A stretch of DNA of 61,645 nt, the filler included, from Globobulimina sp. (lineage: Eukaryota): assembly GCA_003354225.1 (NCBI GenBank). It is 18 parts of 18 records of this genome, joined end to end, with 100 filler letters (N's around TTAATTAATTAA, not from the genome) between each part and the next. Parts side by side here need not be neighbours in the genome. Positions count along the whole stretch, not along the records: positions 48,030 to 51,358 come from PIVH01003068.1; positions 51,459 to 54,787 come from PIVH01003069.1; positions 54,888 to 58,216 come from PIVH01003070.1; positions 58,317 to 61,645 come from PIVH01003071.1; 14 more parts are not named here. One strand, written 5' to 3'. Shown one piece after another: positions 48,838 through 59,329 of the stretch (positions are counted from its first letter, which is position 1; each line of letters begins with the position of its first letter). The translations under genes were made by a program, and so were the position numbers. A model generated the notes under the pieces. It saw only the letters and a list, made by a program, of their open reading frames with translations, did not search any database and was not told the DNA's origin.

Positions 48838-51358
48838 TTACCCCATTTTGCCCAATTCCTGACCATATTCCTGGCGAAACACTTGTTTCTCCACATTCGG
48901 CTTCACAAAATTACCGGCACCTCCCTGCCCACCCGGCGGTGCATTGGGCCCCACGGCGCCCGCCGCCGCATTGGGATTAAAGCCCGTCGCCAACGGATTG
49001 AACCCGACCTGATTGCCACTGATCCCCGCTCCAAACCCGTCCTCTTGCTCCATCACCGCCGCATCCAAGTCGTCCTGCACTCCGCTCAACGCCGCGCCCA
49101 CTTTCTTGTTCTTCCACCAATACCGATACAACAGAAAGGCCAACATGCCCAAAAACACCACCAGCGCCGCAATCAACCACCATAACCACGACGGGATCTC
49201 CGTCTCCTGCGACGGCGCCACAGTCAGCGCATCGTCGTAATTGTACCACACCGGGATGCGCATCGGAAACATGCGCCCGTCCTCACAATCCGCGTCGCAG
49301 CGACTCGTCGCGTTCACGATCAGCAAATTGCCCAACAACGTCAAGCTCTGAAACGACTCGCAGCCGTTGGTGCAATCCGAGCGCGACACTGTAAACTCAA
49401 TGGTGGTGTTCAACAAATCCGCCGCGGTCCACACCACCAAATGCCCGCTCAACACATCAATCTCCAGCCCCGCCGCCTCCACCGTGGCCGCCTCGCTCCC
49501 ATCGCATTCCTCGCTATTCCCGCCGCTGCAGATAATATCATCGAACTCCAAGCTCCAAAAAATGTCCATCACACACGGATAGCCCTCGGGGATGATGCCC
49601 ACGGCGAAGTTGTGCGTCTGCGTCGTCAATAAGTAGCCATTACTGATCCCGGCCTTGTCTTCCCCCTCACTGCGGTCCTGCGGCTCCGCCAACTCCACAT
49701 CCAACCTACAGTCGAACGTATCCTTATGCTGCCTCTCCGCGTCGTACACCACGTTAAAGTCAGGGAACAGTAAACAGCATTGCTGCCCCGCCATGTAACA
49801 CGAGCACCGCGGACACTGTCCGTCCGTTATGGTGTCGTCGTCGTAGCACCGCTGGTTGTTGTCGTAGTTGCAGATCTCTTCGCTGGTGCCGCCGATCCAG
49901 TAATAATTGGGACAGCCCCACGTCGGCGCGCGGGTCGGCTCGCTCGTGGGCGCCGGGGTGGGCGCGTCGGACGGCGAGAAGGTGGGCGCCAAGGTGGGCG
50001 CGCTGGTCGTGATCAAGCAGTCGGTCTTGGTCGAATAGTACGTGGTGCAGAACGTCGTGTTGACGCACACCTCGATCTCGGTCTGCACGTAGCCGCCCCA
50101 GACCCAGTCGTCCGGGTTGAAATCCGCGGTGCTGTACGAGAGCTCGCCCGAAGTGAAGGCCTCTTGCGTGGCGTCGCTCGCATCGTAGTTGTAATTCAGG
50201 CGGTAACGGAGATGCCCGTCGTAGCCGCTGTCCGTCCAGGAATAGACGGCGTATTTGCGGTTGAGAGGATGCGAGTTGTTCTTCAACCACTCCACGGTGC
50301 AAAACTCGATGCTGGGCACCTCGGCGCACGTATGGCAGTACGACAGACTGCAAATCGGGTAATAGCCGAGCGTCAGGTTGCAAAGACAGTTCTGGCCGAC
50401 GCACTGCCCGATGCCGCCGCAGCCGCCTTGCGTCACGCACGTCTTGTCGCAGGTGGCAGAGGGCGGCGCGCCCGGAGTGCCGAACTCGTTGCACGACCAG
50501 GCCCAATTGTTGCCATTGTCGTTGTCGTAGCCGCGAGAGATCAGTTCGTACGAGAACTTGTCCGGTAAGACCTGCCAGAAACCTTCCGCACCGTAAACGA
50601 CGGTGTCAATGGGAGTCGGCTGGTCGATATCCGAGATGGTCACCTCCCAATTGCTTCCATCCTGCGTATTTGTACGCAAATTCGCATCTGTTGTGTACAT
50701 GTTAGGTATACGTAGTACATACCATGGCGTTGTTGATGGTGCAGTAAGCGCAGAGATTGACGGCAGTGACGCCATTGGCAGAGGTTAAGCCGCCGGGAAG
50801 AGGACAAGAGGCATCGGCTCCGGGGGCACTGCCACAGCCGATATAGACGGAGTTTTCACAGAAACAATTGTCTGTGGTGGCTGTGTTGGCATTGGCACAG
50901 TTGGTTAAGTCGCAATCGTCGCAGGAATGGCAGGTGGGCGCGGAGGGGAAGGTGGCGTCGCCCGGCAAATCAGATGCATCATAGAAAACGACGTACGAAG
51001 ATTGAGGGATATTAACGTCCGGCACGCCGTTCTCCGCACCATCAAAATTCACGAAACCTTCCAACTTTAAGGTCTGTAGACTGAAATCAATGCCGTCGTT
51101 CCAGATTTCGATATAACGCGTCAACCGCCCATCGCCATCCTGGTCCCAGCCCGCTGGCTTCCGCATCGGTTTAATCTCCGTCAACTTGCAACGCTTGGTG
51201 ATGGGACACAAGACGCCGGACAAGGAATACATGATCGACTCGAAGGCCGCCTGCGTGAAACCATCCACTTCCAACCAATCTGCGACAGGGTCTTCGAGCA
51301 GACAGTCCAGCAAACCCTTTTTGATATTGGTGCCCACCGCGATGATCATGACCCGGAT
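48838..51358 (-). CDS. Type I adhesion-receptor-like protein (vWA end, lamin-tail-like, EGF-like, PT repeat, TM), intron 50722-50662, 5'-truncated
   Basis: IRVMIIAVG...LLDCL, RYIEIWN, CGGIGQCVGQNCLC, TM WLWWLIAALVVFLGMLAFLLY and tail FNPLA. Phase-0 61-nt intron ATG/GTATGT...GCAG/GAT. Confidence 0.65.
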
Positions 51359-51458
51359 NNNNNNNNNNNNNNNNNNNNNNNNNNNNNNNNNNNNNNNNNN
51401 NNTTAATTAATTAANNNNNNNNNNNNNNNNNNNNNNNNNNNNNNNNNNNNNNNNNNNN

Positions 51459-54400
51459 CGTGGCTTTTATGACAGAGAGAAGTGGTTTTTCAAAGAGATT
51501 GTGGATGCGACCATATGTTGTTCAGCTGCCCCACCCGGTGGCGGCCGGTCGGAATTAACCGAAAGATTTACGCGACATTTTAATGTTTTATGCGTACCGA
51601 AGCCATCGATGAAAGTGCTAACATTGATATTTCAATCGGTATTGAATGGATATTTGCAAGGTAATAATTTTAAGGCAGACATACAATTATTATGTAAACC
51701 CATCGTGCAATCCACCATTGACTTATTTTTTGATATTACACAAAGTTTGTTACCCATTCCTGCAAAGTCTCATTACACCTTCAATTTGCGTGACATTTCC
51801 AAAGTATTTCAAGGCATTTTAATGTGCAATGCCAGCACAGCGAAAAAGAAAGAAACATTTATTAGATTATGGATCCACGAATCAATGCGATGTTTTCATG
51901 ATCGATTAATTAATGACGAGGACAGGAATTGGTTTTGTGACGCCATCATACATTATCTACAGAAGAATTTTAAGATCCATTCCATGCAAAAAGAGCAAAT
52001 ATTTGATGTAAATCCGATAATTTGGGGCGACTTCTTTAAAGGTGGTGGCGATAAAATGTATCAAGAATTGGATAGAAGTACAGACAGCGGCGGATTTAGC
52101 GCATTAAGCAAAATATTATGTGGATATTTAGATGATTATAATATGGAATCTTCCTCGCCAATGAATTTAGTATTTTTCAATGATGCGATGAAACATTTAG
52201 TTCGCATATCACGTATTTTACGGCAGCCGCGAGGCAATGCGATGTTAGTTGGTGTTGGTGGTTCGGGGCGGCAATCTTTGACCAAATTGGCATGTTTTAT
52301 TTTAGAATATAATTGTTTCCAAATTGAATTGCGTCGCGGTTACGATTATATTATGTTTCGTGATGAATTAAAAGAACTAATGATGTGTTCCGGCGGTGAA
52401 GGCAAACAAACTGTGTTTTTATTCAACGACACACAGATTATCGATGAGCGCTTTTTGGAGGATATTAACAATATATTGAATTCTGGTGAAGTGCCAAACT
52501 TATTTACGGAAAATGACGAATTCCAACGCATTGATGATTTGCTACATCCATTTATGAAAGAAAATGACATTGCAATCACGCCCGATAATACATGGAATAC
52601 ATTCGTCCAACGAATACGCGATAATTTGCATTTAGTTCTGTGTTTCTCGCCCGTTGGCCATTTATTTCGAACCAGATGTCGCATGTTTCCGTCCTTAATA
52701 AATTGTTGTACCATCGATTGGTATTCAAAATGGCCGAAACAAGCACTGTTATCCGTATCCAACAAGTTTTTATCCGATTTGCACTTGCCTGTCAACTGCG
52801 CAATAAAAGAGAACTTATCGTTAATGTGCGAGAAGGTACATTCTTCGGTACAATTAGTATCGGATCAATTTTTTAATCAATTACGCCGCAAAGTATATGC
52901 CACACCCAAGTCATACCTGGATATGATCAAATTATATCTAAAAATGCTGGAAACTAAACGCAAAGAATTGGGGCAAAGAAGGAAAACATTATACAATGGA
53001 TTGACCAAATTAGAGGAAGCAAACAGTGTTGTTGGCACTTTGCAGGAAGAATTAACTAAATTAGCACCACAATTAGTGGTAAAACAGAAAGAAGCGGCTG
53101 AATTATTGGATAAAATTGCTGTGGACCAAGGCGAAGCAGATAAGGTGAAAGAAAAAGTGGGAGCAGAAGCAAAAATTGTTGGCAAACAAGCTGCGGAAAC
53201 CAAAGAAGTCCAACAAGACGCACAGGCAGATTTAGATAAAGCATTACCAGCATTGGAAGCTGCGTCCACGGCTTTAAAATCATTAAATAAATCGGATATC
53301 ACTGAGATAAAATCAATGGCCAAGCCGCCCGCCGGTGTGGTTATGGTGTTGGAGGCAGTCATGATTCTATTAAATGAGAAGACGGCATGGGACAATGCAA
53401 AGAAAGTGATGGCTGGAGCTGGGTTTTTGAAAACTTTGCAAGAATTTGATAAGGATAACATCCCAGATAAAAAAGTGCAAATATTAAAGAAAAAGTATAC
53501 CTCCGATGAGGAGAATTTCAGTGTGGAAAGAATGCAGAAAGTGTCGATTGCTGCCACTGCGTTATGCAAATGGGTGCATGCAATGGTATTATACTCGGAA
53601 GTGGCCAAAACTGTGGAACCCAAAAGACAAAGATTGGCGGAAATGAACCACGCACTGAATGCCGCCAATGCGGAATTAAAAACAAAACAAGACGCATTGC
53701 AAGAGATTATTGACAAAGTGACCGCATTGAAAAAACAATGTGATACCACTTTATCAGAGAAAAAGAAATTGGAATTCGAGTCTGATCAATGTAAGCAACG
53801 CTTAGTGCGCGCTGAAAAATTGACGGTTGGCTTAGCGGAGGAACAGATTCGATGGAAAGAACAGGAACAAATATTACGGCACGAAATTGAGGACTTGGTC
53901 GGCGATGTATTTATATCGTCAGCATTCGTGTCATATGCATCGCCATTTACTGGCGTATTTCGAGATAACTTAATAAAGATTTGGATGAATAATAAGATAT
54001 TTGCTGAAATACCACATACGGATATTAATAAGTTTTCATTTACCAAAATCTTAGGAAATCCATTAGAAATTCGGCAATGGAATGGTCACAGTTTACCGAC
54101 TGATGAAGTTTCCATCCAATCGGCGATCATTGCAACCAAAGCGGAGCGGTGGCCGTTGATGATTGACCCCCAAAACCAGGCAAAAACGTGGATAAAAAAT
54201 ATGGAGAAATCTGTTGGTAATTTGCATATCGTCAAATTGGACGATCCCAATTTGTTACGTGTTTTGGAAATTGGTATTCGAAATGGCGAACCTGTGCTGA
54301 TTGAAGATATTGGAGAGACATTGGATCCGTCCATCGATCCTATTTTAAATAAAGCGACCTTCAAAAATGGTGGGCGTACACTGATTCATTTGGGTGACAG

Positions 54401-54787
54401 TGATATTGATTATGATGAAAACTTTCGATTTTATATTTCTACAAAATTGTCCAATCCGCACTATTTGCCGGAGATCAGCATTAAAGTGACTTTGATCAAT
54501 TTTACTGTGACCAAAGGCGGTTTAACTGAACAGTTATTAGGCGATGTGGTTAAAAAAGAGAGGCCGGAAATCGATCAAAAGCGATCGTTATTAATCAAAC
54601 AAATGGCTGCGGATAAACAGGAATTGAAAAATATTGAAAATACCATTTTGAAGTTATTATCGGAGTCGAAAGGCAATATTTTAGATGATGTGGTGTTGAT
54701 TGATACGTTGACAAAATCTAAAAAAACCTCTGCTATTATTAATCAGCGAGTGTTCGAATCTGAAAAAACTGAAAAAATGATTGAAGA
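51459..54787 (+). CDS. Axonemal dynein heavy chain, internal fragment (end of AAA3, AAA4, stalk/MTBD, AAA5)
   Basis: PPGGGR, HYTFNLRDISKVFQG, GNAMLVGVGGSGRQSL, FPSLINCCTIDW, RWPLMIDPQ and NPHYLPE. Confidence 0.98.
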
Positions 54788-54889
54788 NNNNNNNNNNNNN
54801 NNNNNNNNNNNNNNNNNNNNNNNNNNNNNNNTTAATTAATTAANNNNNNNNNNNNNNNNNNNNNNNNNNNNNNNNNNNNNNNNNNNNTG

Positions 54890-54961
54890 AATGAATATAA
54901 AAGCTTGATAATTAGACCAAATAGCACTGCTTCTGTTGTAGTACCTGGTGATACACTATAA
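54890..54961 (+). CDS. C-terminus of an upstream gene (possibly the major capsid protein)
   Basis: Open frame NEYKSLIIRPNSTASVVVPGDTL* ends 2 nt before the protease ATG. The identity is inferred only from typical Maverick gene order. Confidence 0.3.
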   Translation, partial: NEYKSLIIRPNSTASVVVPGDTL

Positions 54962-54963
54962 TT

Positions 54964-55554
54964 ATGTTACGTTATTATCAACTCGTAGAATTGTGTTCTA
55001 GAATAGATTCTGATATAAAACCCAATTTTCGTGGTGTATTTTCCTTTGATAATGTTCCAGATTCCTTATCTATGATTGACCCAAATAAACCCAATTTTCT
55101 AATTTTCAATACAGACCCAAGCACTAAACCTGGCAGTCATTGGGTTGGGACATTCATTGATTTGCAATCTGATACTGTATTCATAGATTCGTATGATCAA
55201 TCACCTCACTATTATGATTTGGAAGATTTCTTTCTGGAAGCAACAGGAGGCGATTACATAACTATTGGAAAGAAGCTACAATCTGATTTTACAAATGTAT
55301 GTTCATTATACGTGCTATTCTTCGGTCACTATCTATCAAAAGGTTATGATTTAAAGAAAATTATGGGCTTAATTCCAGATCATACCAATGTACTCAGAGA
55401 TAAGCATATGGTGGAATGGTTTAACAAAAATTATGGAAAATCGATCAAACTTAATACTCCATTTATTGATTGTAATAAATTTAAACAATATTCAGGTTAT
55501 ACACAATCTTGTAAATCATATGAAAAAATGATATTAGACAGAAAATCTATATAA
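54964..55554 (+). CDS. Adenain-like (Polinton-type) cysteine maturation protease
   Basis: FRGVFS.D, NTDPSTKPGSHWV, FIDSY and LQSDFTNVC. The His, Asp, Gln and Cys catalytic set is retained. Confidence 0.88.
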   Translation: MLRYYQLVELCSRIDSDIKPNFRGVFSFDNVPDSLSMIDPNKPNFLIFNTDPSTKPGSHWVGTFIDLQSDTVFIDSYDQSPHYYDLEDFFLEATGGDYITIGKKLQSDFTNVCSLYVLFFGHYLSKGYDLKKIMGLIPDHTNVLRDKHMVEWFNKNYGKSIKLNTPFIDCNKFKQYSGYTQSCKSYEKMILDRKSI

Positions 55555-55737
55555 AATATTATACAAAAATAAAATAATTATTATAATATATATGTCACAG
55601 AATACGAGTGTACATTGTGCAGCACAATATACTACAACGAATAAACATATAATACATATAATTAGCAGTCACTTCCCAAGACTGTACATTGTACAGTACA
55701 TTAGAACAGCAACAGACAGTCAGTTAACATCTCAATT

Positions 55738-56972
55738 TTAATTGTCCTTTGGCAAAGACAAATCGATACGTTTCACAATACCAGTAAAAGCACGTCCTAC
55801 ATTAATGATTGTTTTTACACTTCCTTTCTTAGCACTCGAATAAACTGCCTGTCTCACTTTTGGTAAAGGCAAACCCAAAATAACGGCTTCACTTTTCTGC
55901 GTATCCTCAGCTATTACAAAAACAACTTTCTCACTAACCCCATACAAAGCAAAATTTGTCAAATTCTTATTAATTTCTATTTCTGATATAAATGAAAGTT
56001 TATAAGATGGCTTAGGGTTGTCGGTTGGTGGAAAAGTAATCGAAATCAGTTGTAGATATCTATTTCTAATACAATATTTTGTTACAGTTCTTATTACTAA
56101 AATTTCATTTGGTCTAGATACAATAAGATCATTTACTAATACTTGATTTCTGATTAATCGATCTTGGGAATCTAATTCCGTCCAAGCTGATGAATTTTCT
56201 TGAAAATGCATTCGCTCGGTAGTTAGCAAGAATGCATTGGTGGAGCGCAATGGCCTGATGTTAAATGCGCTGACTGGCATTTCCATAAAATTGAATTTTT
56301 CCAAGAAAGCTCCTTCACCTAGAATAAAAACACTCATCATCATCATTATCACGTGCATGTCACATGCTTTTCGTCTTCTTTAGAATACCTGTATCACTGA
56401 ATCCGATGCAAGACGACCATGGGTCGACAGTATTGATAGTGAATGAATCAACAATTTGACGACTGTCTTCGCTAACTATGGCCAACTTCCAAAAATGGCA
56501 ACCTTTTTCTTTGCACATCATGAGCCAACCATAGTCATGACCTCTTATTTGATGTACCCGTTCAACTTGATCACCCAATGACACAGCTGACATGAATCTT
56601 TCACTCATATTTGGGAGAGAAAGGACAACAACCAAAATGCGAGCTTGTGACACAAAAGCGATCATGCTGACTGAAAATGACAGATGTGATGATGATGAAA
56701 AATGATAATAAAAAACCTTTTTTATTAAAACTTGAGAATCCGTTTTCGATGTCATGAGAGCGTGATATTTCCATTTGAGAGAATGACAAGATAGGGGTTT
56801 TGTCTCTTTTCAATAATGCTGTGTTTTGCCAAAATGGCATTCCTTCTGTTGTTGGATATGCTCTTTTATTGATAACCCAAACAAAAACATTGTCAAATTC
56901 CAATTTTGCCATGGACTGGTTTGCAACAGGTATTAATTTGTGATGAGGCATGTTGCCATAAGTGGTAGTCAT
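55738..56972 (-). CDS. Three-exon hypothetical protein (372 aa): exons 56972-56717, 56670-56389, 56318-55738
   Basis: Three ORFs join in frame through phase-1 GT-AG introns 56716-56671 (46 nt) and 56388-56319 (70 nt). Spliced length is 1119 nt. Confidence 0.65.
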
Positions 56973-57151
56973 GATGATGATGATGAATAACTTAAAGTAA
57001 AATGATAGCACACAAAACAAAAATAGAGAGAGAGATAGTTTTCATGGAGAATCAACTCCTTGTTGAATAAACAGAAAATGAAGAACATTCAAATAGAAGG
57101 TTTATTCGTTTCCTACCATTTCTAACTAATGAAAATCACCGCTACATTTTC

Positions 57152-57190
57152 ATATAAAAGAGGAATCAAGTCCTTGGGCTATGACCAGTT
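57152..57190 (+). promoter_or_regulatory. TATA box with downstream initiator-like CAGT before the ATPase gene
   Basis: ATATAAAAG about 60 nt upstream of the ATG, and CCAGTT about 30 nt after the TATA. Confidence 0.45.
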
Positions 57191-57212
57191 GTAACATTGA
57201 TGCGCTAAAAAA

Positions 57213-57902
57213 ATGTATGAGTCAATTCAAGATTGGGGGTTTGAATATACAGCTACTGTGCTGCTTCTAGGACCTACGAGGAGTGGAAAAACTACTTTTA
57301 TAGCTAAATGTTTATCAGAATGGTCTAGGATATGTCCGAGTAATCCTAAATTAAAGAAAGTATTGATTTATTATGATCATTTCCAGCCCCTTTTTCGAAA
57401 ACTAAGAGATGAACTACCAGAAACATGTGAAAAGGTGTTCATACAAGACGTGCCTAATGACAAAAATATAAAACTCGAAAAACTTGAGCCAGATGAGGCG
57501 CAAGTGATTGTTATAGATGACTTAGCTGATCGTTTGTCCAAAAGGAATCACATACAAAAACTATTCACAGTAATTAGTCATCATGAAAATGTAACAGTAT
57601 TTTTCAGTAGCCAAGACTTAATGCAAGGAAATGACATAATGAGATGTCTAAGAAAAAATGCTAGCTACATAGTATTACTGCCGGCTTTACGAGCTAATGG
57701 TAATACTGTAGATACTCTGCAGAGAAATTATTTCGCAAAACACAAGAATTTTCTCGAAGCTGTTTTTGATCACGTGATTAGCACTCGGAAATCGGACTAT
57801 ATAATCATAGTGAACACACCTTCAACTCTCATAACTGATCGCTTTCGACTGAAAACAGGTGTGTTCCATGGAGAAACTCTCTACCTGTACAACCCGAAAT
57901 AA
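57213..57902 (+). CDS. A32-like (FtsK-HerA superfamily) viral DNA-packaging ATPase
   Basis: Walker A LLLGPTRSGKTT, Walker B VIVIDDL, LFTVISHHENVTVFFSSQ and RKNASYIVL. Confidence 0.9.
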   Translation: MYESIQDWGFEYTATVLLLGPTRSGKTTFIAKCLSEWSRICPSNPKLKKVLIYYDHFQPLFRKLRDELPETCEKVFIQDVPNDKNIKLEKLEPDEAQVIVIDDLADRLSKRNHIQKLFTVISHHENVTVFFSSQDLMQGNDIMRCLRKNASYIVLLPALRANGNTVDTLQRNYFAKHKNFLEAVFDHVISTRKSDYIIIVNTPSTLITDRFRLKTGVFHGETLYLYNPK

Positions 57903-58201
57903 TGAAGCCTATTTCTAGTGCGATTGTGCGAATTTTAATATCTGATACTGATCCAAAATTGTCAAAAATTCGAAAGTATATACTGAGAGATAAAAGCTAT
58001 AAGGATTGGATTCAATTTTTACAATTTGGTTTGGAAAAATTGTTAACCAACGATCAAATAACTAAAGAAGAACAAATAAGTGTGGTCAAAAATCGAAAAT
58101 TAATTCGGCGATTCAAGAAAGTCAAAAGACCAGCTAATTATTTGCGAATTCATTTGAAAGAACTTAAACCATTGATAGAAATTTTGCTAAATTATGAATA
58201 A
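57902..58201 (+). CDS. Small basic protein downstream of the ATPase
   Basis: 99-aa Lys/Arg-rich ORF with a TAATG stop-start overlap with the ATPase. Confidence 0.6.
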   Translation: MKPISSAIVRILISDTDPKLSKIRKYILRDKSYKDWIQFLQFGLEKLLTNDQITKEEQISVVKNRKLIRRFKKVKRPANYLRIHLKELKPLIEILLNYE

Positions 58202-58316
58202 TTTTTCTGAACATGTNNNNNNNNNNNNNNNNNNNNNNNNNNNNNNNNNNNNNNNNNNNNTTAATTAATTAANNNNNNNNNNNNNNNNNNNNNNNNNNNN
58301 NNNNNNNNNNNNNNNN

Positions 58317-59129
58317 AGTGATGGCATTGAGAGAACACACATTGTTAAAGAATGGAGAAAGGAATTGAATGATCTATTTGCTGATATTGAGATTGGTCCA
58401 TATAAGCAGGAGAAAATAAAAAAAACAGTATTACAGAAAATAAAACTTTTTATGACATTGAATAAGACCGAAGAAGAATATACAAACCCCGTCACCACAT
58501 TGAATAACTTAACATTAAATGAGGTTGTTGATAAATTTAAGATTCCGCAGCAAAGTCGTCATAGAGTGCCATCATTGGTCGGTCAACATGCTATTAGGGC
58601 AAAAATGGAGCTTCCCAAAGATACTGTGTTATGTAGGTATATAGGCTTCGAAATGAGCAATAAAGAATGGAATGAAGTGTTTGATTATTCGAATAGGGAT
58701 GGGATTAATGGAATGTATTTATATAGTTTTGATTTGGATGGCTTAGGAAAGGAAGGAGATATTCCGTGCGTTACTATTGATCCAATTGAAGGTGGCAAAC
58801 AGAAATTGGCTGCCTTGTATATAAACGATTGCAGAAAGGATATTTATGTGGAGAAATTGACAAAAGATGATATGAAGCATCAGAATTGTAAGTTCATTGT
58901 GGTTCTTCTTAAAGGATGGCCAACAGTGTTCGTTATGACTACGAGGAAGGTGCGTGAAGGAGAGGAACTGTTAATAGATTATGGGACTGAATTTTGGATC
59001 TCTGCCAAACAAAACACGCGATGGAATATTATTATCAAAGAAGTGAGAAACTTGTCAGAGCGATATATTGTTAAAGATGTGCAAATTCATAACGTGCACA
59101 AAGGTTTGGAGTGTCATGATTTAACGTAA
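58317..59129 (+). CDS. SET-domain protein, 5'-truncated
   Basis: A..ELPKDTVLCRYIG, ALYINDCR, NCKF and VFVMTTRKVREGEELLIDYG..FW. Confidence 0.88.
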   Translation, partial: SDGIERTHIVKEWRKELNDLFADIEIGPYKQEKIKKTVLQKIKLFMTLNKTEEEYTNPVTTLNNLTLNEVVDKFKIPQQSRHRVPSLVGQHAIRAKMELPKDTVLCRYIGFEMSNKEWNEVFDYSNRDGINGMYLYSFDLDGLGKEGDIPCVTIDPIEGGKQKLAALYINDCRKDIYVEKLTKDDMKHQNCKFIVVLLKGWPTVFVMTTRKVREGEELLIDYGTEFWISAKQNTRWNIIIKEVRNLSERYIVKDVQIHNVHKGLECHDLT

Positions 59130-59329
59130 TTCTTGCAACAAAATTTAAACCTAGTCACTTCAAAAATGTTTGATTAACAACACTCTACAATTGAGTTCTT
59201 ACAACAGATCATATATTGGCCCGTTGGCGGCTGACCTCACGGAACTGATGATTATGATTCAAATTAAACTGACGATCTATTAATATTCAACTAAAAACCG
59301 AACACTTTCAAATATTAAACAAATTCGAT

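Larger units (their letters stand above)
54888..58216. mobile_element. Polinton/Maverick-like or adintovirus-like element, internal fragment
   Basis: Adenain-like protease and A32-like packaging ATPase on one contig with compact gene spacing. Confidence 0.85.

Noticed and set aside
52877-53749. 290-aa antisense ORF inside dynein, and similar shadow ORFs at 49760-50568 and 22417-23410
   Set aside because: These are antisense or alternate-frame shadows of strongly supported genes, explained by codon bias and repeats.
54788-58316. Integration of the viral module between the dynein and SET genes
   Set aside because: The neighbours are separate contigs joined by linkers, so adjacency carries no information.
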